Origin: Candidatus Eiseniibacteriota bacterium
Lineage (GTDB): Bacteria > Eisenbacteria > RBG-16-71-46
DNA: 64,000 nucleotides
Assembly: GCA_963776245.1 (NCBI GenBank)
Contig: CAVZLN010000009.1
Span: 96,001 to 160,000, forward strand
Direction of reading: 5' to 3'
The notes under the pieces were generated by a model. The model was given only the letters and a program-made list of their open reading frames with translations, made no database searches and was not told the origin of the DNA. Shown piece by piece: positions 9,138 to 18,882 of this stretch. Position numbers and translations under genes: made by a program. Numbering within the stretch: position 1 is the first letter of the stretch; every line of letters begins with the position of its first letter.

Positions 9138-9949
9138 CGCGGCCACCCCACCGCCCGCGCCAGCGGCTCGAGCGGCACCGGGCGCTCGCACCACAGCGCG
9201 AGCGAATGACGCGCCTGGTGCACCAGCAGGCCGAGTCCGTCGATGGCGTCGCGGCCGGCGGCTCGCAGACCGAGCACCCACGGCGTGAGCGCGGCGCCGT
9301 ACACCAGGTCCACGACCAGCGCGCCTCGCGGGATGCGCGCGGGAGCGCACGGCCCACCCGCGCCCGCGAGGGGCGTGGCGTTCACCACCACGTCGGCCGC
9401 GGCGAGCGCGTCACCCGCGGGTCCCGCGTCCCAGTCCACGATGGTCGCGCCGCCGATGCCCCCCCAGGCCGCGGCGGCCGCGGCCGGCCGGCGCGCCCAC
9501 ACCGACACCGACGCGCGCGCCGCGAGCAGGGACAGGCCGAGGCTGCGCGCGGCCCCGCCGGCACCCAGCAGCACCACGCGCGCGCCCTCGGGCGAGCGTC
9601 CGCGCTCGCGCAACAGGTCGACGAAGCCCGCGCCGTCGGTGGTCTCGCCGCGCGCGACGCCACCGTCGAAGCACACCGTGTTCACCGAGCGCGCGCGCGC
9701 GGCCGGCGCGGACACCGTCGCGAGGTGCGCGAGCGCGGCCTCCTTGAGCGGATGCGTGAGGTTCACGCCGCGGAAGCCGGCGGCCGCCAGTTCGCCGAGC
9801 GCCGTGCCGAGGCGCTCCGGCCGGACCCGGATCGCCTCGGACCGCCCCTCCAACCCGAGCGCCGCGAGGCCCGCGCGGTGCAGCTCGGGCGAACGCGTGA
9901 AGTCCAGCGGGTCGCCGAGCACCCCGAGGCGCATCCCCCCAGCGCTCAC
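9134..9949 (-). CDS. aroE: Shikimate dehydrogenase
   Basis: GDPLDFTRSPELH, GVNLTHPLK, SVNT, TTDGAG, GAGGAAR, NATP, DLVY, GLGLLVHQA; start GTG 9949 or ATG 9934. Confidence 0.92.
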   Translation of the reverse strand: MSAGGMRLGVLGDPLDFTRSPELHRAGLAALGLEGRSEAIRVRPERLGTALGELAAAGFRGVNLTHPLKEAALAHLATVSAPAARARSVNTVCFDGGVARGETTDGAGFVDLLRERGRSPEGARVVLLGAGGAARSLGLSLLAARASVSVWARRPAAAAAAWGGIGGATIVDWDAGPAGDALAAADVVVNATPLAGAGGPCAPARIPRGALVVDLVYGAALTPWVLGLRAAGRDAIDGLGLLVHQARHSLALWCERPVPLEPLARAVGWPR

Positions 9950-10728
9950 CCCGACGCCCCGCGACGCAGACGCAGCAGCATGAGCGTCGCGAACAGGGTG
10001 AGCGCCAGGCTGGTGAGCTGGCTCTCGGTCACCGGCCAACCGTCCACGGTGGCGAGCACCGCCCCGGGCTCGTAGGCGCGCGTCAGATCGATCACGATCC
10101 GCAGCAGTCCGAACCCGGCGAGGAAGGACCACAGCAGCGTGCCCGGCACGCGCACCCGCCGGCGCACCCCCCAGGCGATGACGAACAGTCCCAGCCCGGC
10201 GAACGCGTTGTAGAGCTGCGAGGGGTGGACCGCGACCTGGCCGTAGTCGAGCCCGGCGAACGAGTCGGGCGGGAAGGTCACGCCCCACGGCATCCGGGTC
10301 GGGCGTCCGTAGCAGCACCCGTTGAGGAAGCAGCCGATGCGCCCGAACATGGTGCCGAGGGCGAGCGACGGGGTGAGCGCGTCGGCCACGGTCCACATCG
10401 GCAGCCGCAGCCGGCGCGCCGCCGCGAGTCCGGCCAGCGTGCCGCCGACGATGCCTCCGTATAGCGTCAGCCCCCCCTGCCAGAGCGCGAACACGCTGCC
10501 CCATTGGCGGCGGAAGTCCTCGAGATGCTCCATCACGTAGAGCAGGCGGGCGCCGAGCACCGAGGACAGCAGTGTGACCAGGATGACGGTGATCACCGCG
10601 TCCTCGTCGAGCGACAGGCGGCGCGCCTCGCGCAACGCCAGCCAGGTGCCGACCAGGAACGCGATGGCGAGCATGAGCCCGTACGACCGCACGTGCAGCA
10701 CGCCCCAGTCGAGGATCTCGGGATGCAC
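9946..10728 (-). CDS. lgt: Prolipoprotein diacylglyceryl transferase
   Basis: SYGLM, GARLLYV, WQGGLTLYGG, GRIGCFLNGCCYG, HPSQLY. Confidence 0.95.
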   Translation of the reverse strand: MHPEILDWGVLHVRSYGLMLAIAFLVGTWLALREARRLSLDEDAVITVILVTLLSSVLGARLLYVMEHLEDFRRQWGSVFALWQGGLTLYGGIVGGTLAGLAAARRLRLPMWTVADALTPSLALGTMFGRIGCFLNGCCYGRPTRMPWGVTFPPDSFAGLDYGQVAVHPSQLYNAFAGLGLFVIAWGVRRRVRVPGTLLWSFLAGFGLLRIVIDLTRAYEPGAVLATVDGWPVTESQLTSLALTLFATLMLLRLRRGASG

Positions 10729-10732
10729 GGGG

Positions 10733-11959
10733 TCAGAACTCCCGGCGCCGCAGCGCCACGTTCTGGAGCAGGCCGAGCTGGACCCCGTTGACGATGAGCG
10801 CGGTGCCGCCATACGACAGCAGGGGCAGCGGCAACCCGGTCACGGGGGCCCAGCCGATGGTCATGAGCATGTTCACCATCACATGGTAGAAGAGCGCCGA
10901 CACCAGACCCAGGGCCATCAGGCTCGCGAACGCGCCGCGCGCCACCACCGCGAGGCGCAACCCGCGCAGGATGATGACAACGTAGAGTAGCATCACGGTC
11001 AACGACCCGATGAAGCCGAGCTCCTCGCCCACCACCGAGTAGATGAAGTCGGTGTGGCGCATCGGGAGGAACGCGAGCGCCTTCTGCGTGCCCTTGAGAT
11101 AGCCCTTCCCCAGCATCCCGCCCGATCCGATCGCGATCCGCGACTGGATGATCTGGTAGCCCGAGCCGTAGGGATCGTGGTCGGGGTTGAGGAAGGTCTC
11201 GATGCGGCGCTTCTGATAGTCCTCGAGATGATTCCAGATCCGCGGCATCGAGGCCCCCACCGCGACGTTGAGCAGGATCATCACCGCGAGCATCGGCAGG
11301 CGCGGGCGCGCCAGCGCGACCAGGCCGACGAACAGCCCGGCGAACCACCACAGCGAGCCGGTGATGAAGAACAGCGCCACGTTGAACACCGGCGCGAGCC
11401 CGAGCAGCAGATTGCCGAGCGGCATGCCGGCCCAGAAGTACATCGCCACCAGGATGACCGGGAACGAGACCGAGGTGCCGAGATCGGGCTCACGCGCCAC
11501 CAGCACGAACGGCACCAGCACGAGGAACAGGGGCGGCAGCCAGTGACGCATCCGCCGCAGGTCGAGCTTGGGATCGTCGAAGCGCCGTGCCAGCAGCACC
11601 ACCGTGGCGATCTTCGCCACCTCCGAGGGCTGGAACTTGAGCGGCCCGATCTCGAGCCAGCGCTTGGCGCCCATCGCGCTGTGGCCAGCGACCAGCACCA
11701 GCACGAGCATGAGCAGCGACACTCCGTAGAGCGGCCACGCCAGCGCGTCGTACACCCGCAGCGGCACCGCGGCCGCGGCCCACGCCGCCACCAGCGCCAC
11801 GCCCGCCCACAGCAGCTGGCGCGTCCACAGCCCCTCGTGCGCGCCCGGCACCGAGGTGGCGCTGAACACCATGGCCAGCCCGATCGCGACCAGTCCGATC
11901 GCGGCCAGCGCGAGGGGCACGTCGAGGGGCGGAACGCGGAGTCGCAGCCTAATCGGCAA
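10733..11959 (-). CDS. rodA: Rod shape-determining SEDS protein RodA
   Basis: GAKRW, QPSEVAK, EPDLGT, GYQIIQSRIAIGSGG, HTDFI, GLPLPLLSYGG; next to PBP2. Confidence 0.96.
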   Translation of the reverse strand: MPIRLRLRVPPLDVPLALAAIGLVAIGLAMVFSATSVPGAHEGLWTRQLLWAGVALVAAWAAAAVPLRVYDALAWPLYGVSLLMLVLVLVAGHSAMGAKRWLEIGPLKFQPSEVAKIATVVLLARRFDDPKLDLRRMRHWLPPLFLVLVPFVLVAREPDLGTSVSFPVILVAMYFWAGMPLGNLLLGLAPVFNVALFFITGSLWWFAGLFVGLVALARPRLPMLAVMILLNVAVGASMPRIWNHLEDYQKRRIETFLNPDHDPYGSGYQIIQSRIAIGSGGMLGKGYLKGTQKALAFLPMRHTDFIYSVVGEELGFIGSLTVMLLYVVIILRGLRLAVVARGAFASLMALGLVSALFYHVMVNMLMTIGWAPVTGLPLPLLSYGGTALIVNGVQLGLLQNVALRRREF

Positions 11960-13823
11960 CCGTGTCTCCCGTGGTGTCGGCCGGGGTCTTCACCGCCGCG
12001 GCCGGGCGCGGCCGGAACATCGCCGCCTGGACCGAGTCGGGCAGCAGCATGCGCGCGAGCACGCGGGCCGCGCGCGGCGCGGCCACGCTGCCGCCGTGAC
12101 CGCTGTTCTCCACCACCATCGCGATGACGACGCGCGGATCCTCGACCGGCGCGTAGCACACGAACAGCGCGTGGTCCTTCCCGTGCGGATTCTGCGCCGT
12201 GCCGGTCTTGCCCGCCACCCGCACCCCCGGCAGCCTCGCGGCGGTCCCGGTGCCGGTCTGGATCACGCGCTCGAGCGCGTCGTGCACCGCGCTCCACACC
12301 TCCGGCGCCGCCTCGACGCCGCCGGGGGGCGGCCGCTGGACATGGAACTCGCGCGACCCGCCCACGCCCTTGACGATATGCGGCCTCAGCGCATGCCCGC
12401 CGTTCGCGGTCTCGGCGACCATCAGCGCCAGCTGCAGCGGGGTCAGCAGCAGCTCGCCCTGGCCGATGGCGAGATTGAGCATCAGGCCCTTCCTCCACTT
12501 CCCCTTGCCCCAGCGCCGGTCGTACCACTCCGCGTCCGGGATGAGGCCGCGCCGTTCCTCGGGCAGGTCCACGCCGGTCTTCTCGCCCAGTCCGAAGTCG
12601 CGCGCCGTGCGCGACAGCTCGTCGAGCCCGAGCCGGAGCCCGATCTGATAGAAGTAGATGTCGCAGGAGTGCTGGAGGGCGCCGATGAAGTCGAGCGAGC
12701 CGTGCCCGCGGGGATTCCAGCACCCGAACGACCGCCCGCCGAACTGGAAGTGCCCGGTGCACGGCGCCATCTTCGTATCGGGGCGCGCGATCCCGCTGCG
12801 CAGGGCGGCCACCATGGTGACGATCTTGAAGGTCGAGCCGGGCGGATAGACGCCCTGGATCGCGCGGTCGAGCAGCGGGTTCGAGCCCCCGCTCGACAGC
12901 TCCTCCCAGCGCTCGCGCGACAGACCGGTGGAGAACTCGTTGGGGTCGAAGGTCGGCCGGCTCACCAGCGCGAGGATCCCGCCGTCGCGCGGGTCGAGCA
13001 CCACCGCGGCGCCGCGCTCCACGTCCCCCATCGCCTCCTCGAGCGCGCGCTGCGCCTTGAGATCGAGCGTGAGAGTGAGATTGAGCCCGGGCACCGGCGG
13101 CCGCGGCGGCCCCTCGGTGAGCGTGGACACGCGCCGGCCCATCGCGTTGACCACCACGAACTCGGCGCCATCCACCCCGCGCAGCAGTTCCTCGTAGGAG
13201 CGCTCGACGCCGCTGCGGCCGATCAGGTCGCCCGATCGGTAACCGAGCGCCTCACGGGTCACCAGCTCGCGATCGTTGATCTCCCCGGCATAGCCGAGCA
13301 GGTGCGCCGCCAGCGTGCCGTTCGGATAGCGGCGGATGGGCTCGACCTGCACCTCGAGGCCGGGGAGGTCGCCCCGCACCTCCTCGACCGCGGCCAGCAC
13401 CTCGAACGGGGCGTTCCGCCGCAGCACCCCGGACTGGCCGGAAGCGTTGGCCACCGCCACGCAACGCCGGACCTGCGCCGAGTCGATCCGGGTGATCCCG
13501 CTCACCTGCGCGATCCACGCCGCGCTGCCCGACTCCGCGATCCGGTGCGCGCTCTCGGCCGGGAACGGGCGGAACAGGATGGTGAACGAGGGCGCGCTGT
13601 CGGCGAGCAGCCCGCCGTTGCGGTCGAAGATCGCCCCGCGGGGAGCGCGCAGCACCTCGAGGCGGACGCGGTTCTCCTTCGAGAGCTCGCCGTACTTGTC
13701 GTGACCCACCACCTGCAGCCGGAGCAGGCCGAGCACCACGAGCGCGAAACCCGCCCCCGCCAGCGCGGCGAGCAGCCGGAAGCGCCCCTCCCTAAGCGGA
13801 CGGACGCGGACCGGCAGCAGCAT
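11949..13823 (-). CDS. mrdA: Penicillin-binding protein 2
   Basis: APRGAIFDRNG, PPGSTFK (SxxK), SCDIYFY, KTGTAQ. Confidence 0.96.
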   Translation of the reverse strand: MLLPVRVRPLREGRFRLLAALAGAGFALVVLGLLRLQVVGHDKYGELSKENRVRLEVLRAPRGAIFDRNGGLLADSAPSFTILFRPFPAESAHRIAESGSAAWIAQVSGITRIDSAQVRRCVAVANASGQSGVLRRNAPFEVLAAVEEVRGDLPGLEVQVEPIRRYPNGTLAAHLLGYAGEINDRELVTREALGYRSGDLIGRSGVERSYEELLRGVDGAEFVVVNAMGRRVSTLTEGPPRPPVPGLNLTLTLDLKAQRALEEAMGDVERGAAVVLDPRDGGILALVSRPTFDPNEFSTGLSRERWEELSSGGSNPLLDRAIQGVYPPGSTFKIVTMVAALRSGIARPDTKMAPCTGHFQFGGRSFGCWNPRGHGSLDFIGALQHSCDIYFYQIGLRLGLDELSRTARDFGLGEKTGVDLPEERRGLIPDAEWYDRRWGKGKWRKGLMLNLAIGQGELLLTPLQLALMVAETANGGHALRPHIVKGVGGSREFHVQRPPPGGVEAAPEVWSAVHDALERVIQTGTGTAARLPGVRVAGKTGTAQNPHGKDHALFVCYAPVEDPRVVIAMVVENSGHGGSVAAPRAARVLARMLLPDSVQAAMFRPRPAAAVKTPADTTGDTVAD

Positions 13824-14304
13824 GGCCGAACAGCGGTTGCCCGCCGAGCTGGCGGACCAGCCCGAGCAGTGCGGTGCCCGCGATGGCGCTCACGGCCGCG
13901 GCCAGCGCGATCCGTCCCGCCAGCAGCGGGACCGCCGCCAGCCCGCGCGACTCGAACATCGCGACCCACGCCTGGTGCGCCAGGGTGGCGAGGAAGAACA
14001 GCACCAGCTGGGTCCGCGCGCTGTCGCGCACCACGGTGCGCCTCAGGCGTCCGGCGACGTAGCCCACCAGCGCCAGCGCCAGCGCGTGGCGCCCGAGCCA
14101 GTGGGCCGCGTCGAGATCCGCGAACAGCCCGAGGACCAGGCCGAACGTGGAGCCCCAGGACTCGCCGTGGCGCAGGGCCCACAGCACGGTGACGAACGCC
14201 AGCACGTCGAGGACGACGCCGCGCGCGGCCAGCGTCGAGAGCGCGGTCGAGCGCAGCAACAGCGCGACGAACGCCAGGGTGAGCAGCGAGGCCAGCGCTC
14301 TCAC
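13792..14304 (-). CDS. mreD: Rod shape-determining protein MreD
   Basis: 170-aa hydrophobic ORF (GLFADL) between mreC and mrdA; GTGA-coupled start. Confidence 0.85.
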   Translation of the reverse strand: MRALASLLTLAFVALLLRSTALSTLAARGVVLDVLAFVTVLWALRHGESWGSTFGLVLGLFADLDAAHWLGRHALALALVGYVAGRLRRTVVRDSARTQLVLFFLATLAHQAWVAMFESRGLAAVPLLAGRIALAAAVSAIAGTALLGLVRQLGGQPLFGHAAAGPRPSA

Positions 14305-15110
14305 GGCGCGCCCCGTGCGCGCGCCGGACGCAGCAGCACGAAGGCGTGCCGGATCCTCGACAGACGCGCCGCCGGGTCCACCTCGATGTCCTGGGTGAGT
14401 CCGCTGGGGTCGGGCCGCGCGCGCACCACGCGCCCGACCGGCAGCCCGCGCGGATAGCGCATGGTGAGCCCCGACGTGAGCACGCGCTGGCCCGCGCGCA
14501 CGGTATCCGAGAGCGGCACGCCGGTGAGCACCAGGCGCGGGTGGGGCGAGGTGGCCGCGCGCAGCACCCCGAGCACGCTGGTGCTCTCGACCTCGCACGC
14601 GACCGCCGAGTTGGGATCGGTGAGCAGCACCACGCGCGCGAGGGTCGGCCACACCTCGCCGACGCGCCCGAGCAGGCCCTCGCGCGTCACCACCACGTCG
14701 CCCTCCTGGACACCCTGCCTCCGTCCGGCGCTCACCGTGGCCGCGAGCGGCTGGGCGTCGCCCGCCAGCGCCAGCACCTCGACCGGCCGCAGGATGGCAC
14801 CCGGCGGCACCGGGAGGCCGAGACTGTCGCGCAGGCGGAGGTTCTCGACCCCGGCCACCCGCAACCGCTGGTTCTCGATCTCGAGCTGGGCGATGCGCAG
14901 GTGGAGCTGCTGGTTCTCGCGCCAGGCCGCGGCCATGCGATCGGCGGAGAGCACCAGGCGGTCGAACGGCGCGAACACCCACGCCCCGGCGCCTCGCAGC
15001 GCACCCTGCGGGATGTGCTCGCCCGCCACCAGCAGGACCAGCGAGAGCGTCGCGTAGGCACCCAGGAGGACGCCGCTGCGGCGCTCCGCCGGCGGCAGGA
15101 AGCCTCCCAT
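14301..15110 (-). CDS. mreC: Rod shape-determining protein MreC
   Basis: TM anchor, coiled coil ENLRLR, GLLGRV, TSGL..YPRGLPVG. Confidence 0.93.
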   Translation of the reverse strand: MGGFLPPAERRSGVLLGAYATLSLVLLVAGEHIPQGALRGAGAWVFAPFDRLVLSADRMAAAWRENQQLHLRIAQLEIENQRLRVAGVENLRLRDSLGLPVPPGAILRPVEVLALAGDAQPLAATVSAGRRQGVQEGDVVVTREGLLGRVGEVWPTLARVVLLTDPNSAVACEVESTSVLGVLRAATSPHPRLVLTGVPLSDTVRAGQRVLTSGLTMRYPRGLPVGRVVRARPDPSGLTQDIEVDPAARLSRIRHAFVLLRPARARGAP

Positions 15111-15114
15111 GCGC

Positions 15115-16152
15115 TCAGTCCCGGCGCCCGCTCACCAGCACCTTCTCGAAGTCCTCGGGGTGCTCGAGGATCTTGCCCGCTCCGAGCACGACCGAGGTGA
15201 GCGGGTCCTGGGCGATACGGATGTTGAGATTGGTGACCTCGCGCAGCAGCAGGTCCAGGCCGCGCAGCAGCGCGCCTCCCCCGGTCAGGAAGATCCCGCG
15301 GTCGACGATGTCCGCGGCGAGCTCCGGCGGGGTGCGCTCGAGGCATTCGCGCAGCGCGTTGACGATCGCCCCCACCGGTTCCTGGAGCGCCTCGCGGATC
15401 TCCACGCTCGAGACGCGCAGCGTGCGCGGGATCCCGCGCACCAGGTCGCGCCCCTTGATCTCCATGTCCATCTCCTCGGGCAGCGGGAACGCCGAGCCGA
15501 TCTCGATCTTGATGCGCTCCGCGGTCTGCTCGCCGATCATCATGTTGTACGCCTTCTTGGCGTAGTTGACGATCGCCTCGTCCATCTCGTCTCCGCCGAT
15601 GCGGATCGAGGTCTTGGTGACGATGCCATTGAGCGCGATGACCGCGATCTCGGTGGTGCCGCCGCCGATGTCCACCACCATGTTGCCGGTGGGCGTGTCG
15701 ACCGGGAGCCCGACGCCGATGGCGGCGGCGATGGGCTCGGGCACCAGCATCACCTCGCGCGCGCCCGCCCGCACGGCGGAGTCGTTCACCGCGCGCCGCT
15801 CGACCTCGGTGATGCCCGAGGGCACGCAGATGATGATGCGCGGGCGCACCAGGAACTTGTGCTTCTGGACCCGGTGCACGAACTCGCGCAGCAGGTCCTC
15901 GGTGATCTCGAAGTCGGCGATGACGCCGTCCTTCAATGGCCGCACCGCGTTGATCTCGTCCGGGGTGCGCCCGAGCATGAGCTTGGCCTCGGAGCCCACG
16001 GCGAGCACCTTGCCCGTGGCCTTGTCCACCGCCACCACGGAGGGCTCGTTGAGGACGATACCGCGGCCCTTCACGAACACCAGGGTGTTCGCGGTGCCGA
16101 GATCCATGGCGACGTCGGTGGAGAAGAAGCCCATCAGGCTGTCGAGGAACAT
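15115..16152 (-). CDS. mreB: Actin-like MreB
   Basis: [41 protein letters not shown]; start MFLDSL. Confidence 0.98.
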   Translation of the reverse strand: MFLDSLMGFFSTDVAMDLGTANTLVFVKGRGIVLNEPSVVAVDKATGKVLAVGSEAKLMLGRTPDEINAVRPLKDGVIADFEITEDLLREFVHRVQKHKFLVRPRIIICVPSGITEVERRAVNDSAVRAGAREVMLVPEPIAAAIGVGLPVDTPTGNMVVDIGGGTTEIAVIALNGIVTKTSIRIGGDEMDEAIVNYAKKAYNMMIGEQTAERIKIEIGSAFPLPEEMDMEIKGRDLVRGIPRTLRVSSVEIREALQEPVGAIVNALRECLERTPPELAADIVDRGIFLTGGGALLRGLDLLLREVTNLNIRIAQDPLTSVVLGAGKILEHPEDFEKVLVSGRRD

Positions 16153-16270
16153 CCCTGCCCTCCGGCTGGGTTCTGGAGCGAGGGTCGTCGGAGTGTCACG
16201 AATGGCGACGCCGGCTGGGGAGGTGAAGCAGGGTGTCGGGCTCGGGCATCCCTGCCCGCCGGGCGGCTGC

Positions 16271-16300
16271 ACGCTAGCATCGGAAAGCGGGATGCCGCAA
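16271..16300 (-). promoter_or_regulatory. Putative sigma-70 promoter of mre operon
   Basis: Minus strand TTGCGG-N18-TAGCGT with TGn extended -10. Confidence 0.4.
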
Positions 16301-16488
16301 GGCGTTCGTCCCGCGCATCCGCCTCCGGCGCGGGCCGGGCCCTCGCCCGCCCAGCCGCGGCGCCCTCCCGGTGGAGTGGCGGCAGCCGTCGGCGGCGACG
16401 ACGATTCCTCCGGCCGACGGCATCGCGGAGGCGCCCGCGCGGTCCCCGCGCGCTCGCACCGGCCATGGTTCGCGCGTCTGGTGAGCGA

Positions 16489-16503
16489 TGGCGCGGTCCT
16501 TGC
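16489..16503 (+). promoter_or_regulatory. Putative sigma-54 (-24/-12) promoter
   Basis: TGGCGC-GGTCC-TTGC matches TGGCAC-N5-TTGC (GG-N10-GC). Confidence 0.6.
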
Positions 16504-16513
16504 GCCTTACCAG

Positions 16514-16623
16514 GTTTGCCGGTGGGGTCCGTGCCTTCCCGGCAACTCGAAGGTCGGGTGCCGTCAGGCTCTCCCGGCACCCGCGGCGCGGCGCTCTTCC
16601 TCCAGGGGGCGCCGTCGTCCTTT
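16514..16623 (+). ncRNA. Candidate small RNA or structured leader with three hairpins
   Basis: Stems 16516-16545, 16555-16583 and 16589-16614, then UCGUCCUUU; begins at the expected +1 of the sigma-54 motif. Confidence 0.4.
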
Positions 16624-16672
16624 GCGGGCGCAGTCCGGCGCGCGGCGGGGTATCACGGAGGTGGCGCTGCCG

Positions 16673-16702
16673 TTGACCGCGTTTTGGCGCCGGTGCTAGC
16701 CT
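16673..16702 (+). promoter_or_regulatory. Putative sigma-70 promoter of barrel-lipoprotein operon
   Basis: TTGACC-N18-TAGCCT with TGn extension, about 40 nt before ATG 16741. Confidence 0.45.
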
Positions 16703-16740
16703 GTCGACTCGATGATTCCGGCCCCTCGCGAGCCTGCACG

Positions 16741-18882
16741 ATGAGTCTGAGACGTCTCGCGGTCCTCTTCGTCCCCGTCCTCCTCGGGCTCGTGTCGGCG
16801 ACCCTGCCGGGCCGTGCGCAGAGCCCGTCCCCCCGTTTCGCGTTCGCCGACACCACCCTGCTGCGCGACACGCTGGGGCTGACCTTCGAGAACCTGTTCC
16901 CGGTCGCCGACAGCCTGCGGGTCACGCCCGACACCCTGCGCGCGCTCTCGATCCGCTACCGCGCTCCGCTGTGGCGCATCCTGCGCCTGGCCGACAGTCT
17001 CGCGGTGCCGATGGACAGCGTGAGCGCGGTGATGGAGCGCGAGCGCTTCAACCCGCTCTCCGCCGTCGGGAGGCATCAGAACGCGTTCGCCTACACCAGC
17101 ACGTACAACATCGCGAGGACCTCCGGGACCTGGTCCAACACCTCGGATTGGAACCGGATCTCGGGGCCGCTGGTGGTCAAGAACACGACCTCGGTCACGA
17201 TGGAGCGGGACAATGCGACCAACGGCACCTCGGTGCGGCAGACGCGCGACATGACCACCGAGGCCGGCTGGCGGGTCTCCCCCGATTTCTCGGTGGGCGC
17301 GCGCGCCCATATCTACCGTTTCGACGCGGCGGCCCTGCGGCAGGGATCGAGCGACGCCGCCACCACCAACGAGTTCTCCGCGCCGCTGCGCCTGCGTGCG
17401 CGGCCTGCCAAGGACTTCACGACCGAGCTCAACCTGCTGCCGGGGGTGGTCGAGCTGAGCGATCTGCGCCAGGTCAAGCGCGGCTCGAGCGCCCAGATCG
17501 ACGGACGCGCGCGCTATTCGAGGGGCTCCGCGTTCACCGGCGACCTGAGCGGCGTGCTCTCCGGCAATCTGGCCCGCACCCGGCTGCCCACCTCTCCCCT
17601 GACGCTGAGGACCGAGGACAGGCGGACGGCGATGAATGGCACCGTGGGGCTGTTCCCGAACGAGCCGCTGGGCGCCAATCTGACCTTTCGTCTCGGACAG
17701 ACCGCGGTCGGGACCCCGCTCGACAGCGGACGGGTGCAGCAGCTGGTCACGCGGGACAATGGCGCGGACCTGACGGTGGCCGGACGGCTCGACAACGACC
17801 GGCTGATCAACGTCGGCGGTCACTACTGGAACTCACGGCGCGTCCAGAACAACCTCCTGAACTCGGTCAGCACCGGCAAGCACATCGGGCTCACCGTCGA
17901 CGGGCGTTACACCCTGGTGGGAGTGGAATTGACGGGGCAGTTCGCCAACGCTTTCGAGCGGCCGGAGTACCCCCAGCGCGGGCCGGCGGGGGGCTACGGC
18001 CAGCGCAGCCATGCGCGCTCCATCGATGTCGACGCCCGGCGCACGCTGGCGAGCGGGCTGCTGCTCCTGCGGGCCAAGGCCAACGTCCGGCTGACCTCCG
18101 ACCGCTACTACGTCATCAAGAGCTACCCGACGCCCCCGGTCGACAACGACCGCTACGACCAGGGCTACCGGCTCGAGTTACGGTACACGCACAGCGAGGC
18201 CCTCAACAGCGGCATCGCACTCGACGTGCACCGCACGCTCACCATCAACATCCCGAAGGAAGCCACGGGTTCGAACAACGAGGATCGCCGGTACACCGCG
18301 GAGTGGCAATGGAGCTACCGCCTGTTCCGCGACCTCACCGCCAGCCAGAGCAACGCGATCACCGCCGACTACATGCGCTACACCTACCAGCCACTGGCCT
18401 CCCGGCTCGCGCTGCTCTACCGGACGACCACCACGCTCGCCGCCGTGCTCTCGCCCCGCTTCGACTTCAACGTGTCCCATAACGTGATCCACCAGCCCGG
18501 AGGCAACTTCACGGTGCAGCCCGACGGACTCGAGGCGCTCACCAAGTCCGACCTGACCAAGAGCTACCAGCTCAGCGGGGCCTTCTCGTACCGCCCCGCC
18601 AATCCCGTCGCGCTCACCATCCGCCCGGCCTACAACGCGGGCCTCCGGAGCGCCACCCAGAACGGAGTGATGGTCCCCAGCCGCTCGGACAAGGGTTTCT
18701 CGTTCGCGGGCGGCGCCACCCTGAACGTCCCGATCGGCGAGCGCGCCCGGCTCACCGGCACCATCAACCGCTCGAGTTCGAGCGCGAGCTCGACGACCTA
18801 CGTGCAGGGAGTCCCGAAGGTGCAGCCGGCGACCTCCCAGGGCTTCTGGAACGGCAGTCTCAACCTCTCGTGGACCCTGTGA
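16741..18882 (+). CDS. Uncharacterised secreted protein, predicted outer-membrane beta-barrel (713 aa)
   Basis: Signal peptide MSLRRLAVLF..GRA/QS; S/T/N/Y-rich amphipathic strands; C-terminal strand FWNGSLNLSWTL. The ORF-track N-extension is antisense to mreB. Confidence 0.7.
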   Translation: MSLRRLAVLFVPVLLGLVSATLPGRAQSPSPRFAFADTTLLRDTLGLTFENLFPVADSLRVTPDTLRALSIRYRAPLWRILRLADSLAVPMDSVSAVMERERFNPLSAVGRHQNAFAYTSTYNIARTSGTWSNTSDWNRISGPLVVKNTTSVTMERDNATNGTSVRQTRDMTTEAGWRVSPDFSVGARAHIYRFDAAALRQGSSDAATTNEFSAPLRLRARPAKDFTTELNLLPGVVELSDLRQVKRGSSAQIDGRARYSRGSAFTGDLSGVLSGNLARTRLPTSPLTLRTEDRRTAMNGTVGLFPNEPLGANLTFRLGQTAVGTPLDSGRVQQLVTRDNGADLTVAGRLDNDRLINVGGHYWNSRRVQNNLLNSVSTGKHIGLTVDGRYTLVGVELTGQFANAFERPEYPQRGPAGGYGQRSHARSIDVDARRTLASGLLLLRAKANVRLTSDRYYVIKSYPTPPVDNDRYDQGYRLELRYTHSEALNSGIALDVHRTLTINIPKEATGSNNEDRRYTAEWQWSYRLFRDLTASQSNAITADYMRYTYQPLASRLALLYRTTTTLAAVLSPRFDFNVSHNVIHQPGGNFTVQPDGLEALTKSDLTKSYQLSGAFSYRPANPVALTIRPAYNAGLRSATQNGVMVPSRSDKGFSFAGGATLNVPIGERARLTGTINRSSSSASSTTYVQGVPKVQPATSQGFWNGSLNLSWTL

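Noticed and set aside
9946..10030. Lgt C-terminus (TM plus RLRRR) as an exosortase sorting signal
   Set aside because: Normal last TM helix of Lgt; no PEP-like motif
16495..16525. Minus-strand GGCAAACC..GGCGCAAGG resembling a c-di-GMP-I riboswitch
   Set aside because: No GNRA-capped P2, GACGCAAAGC or P3; better explained as the reverse of the sigma-54 motif and first hairpin
15109..16740. N-terminal 544 aa of the 1257-aa plus-strand ORF
   Set aside because: Antisense to mreB plus intergenic DNA; the signal peptide and promoter place the start at 16741
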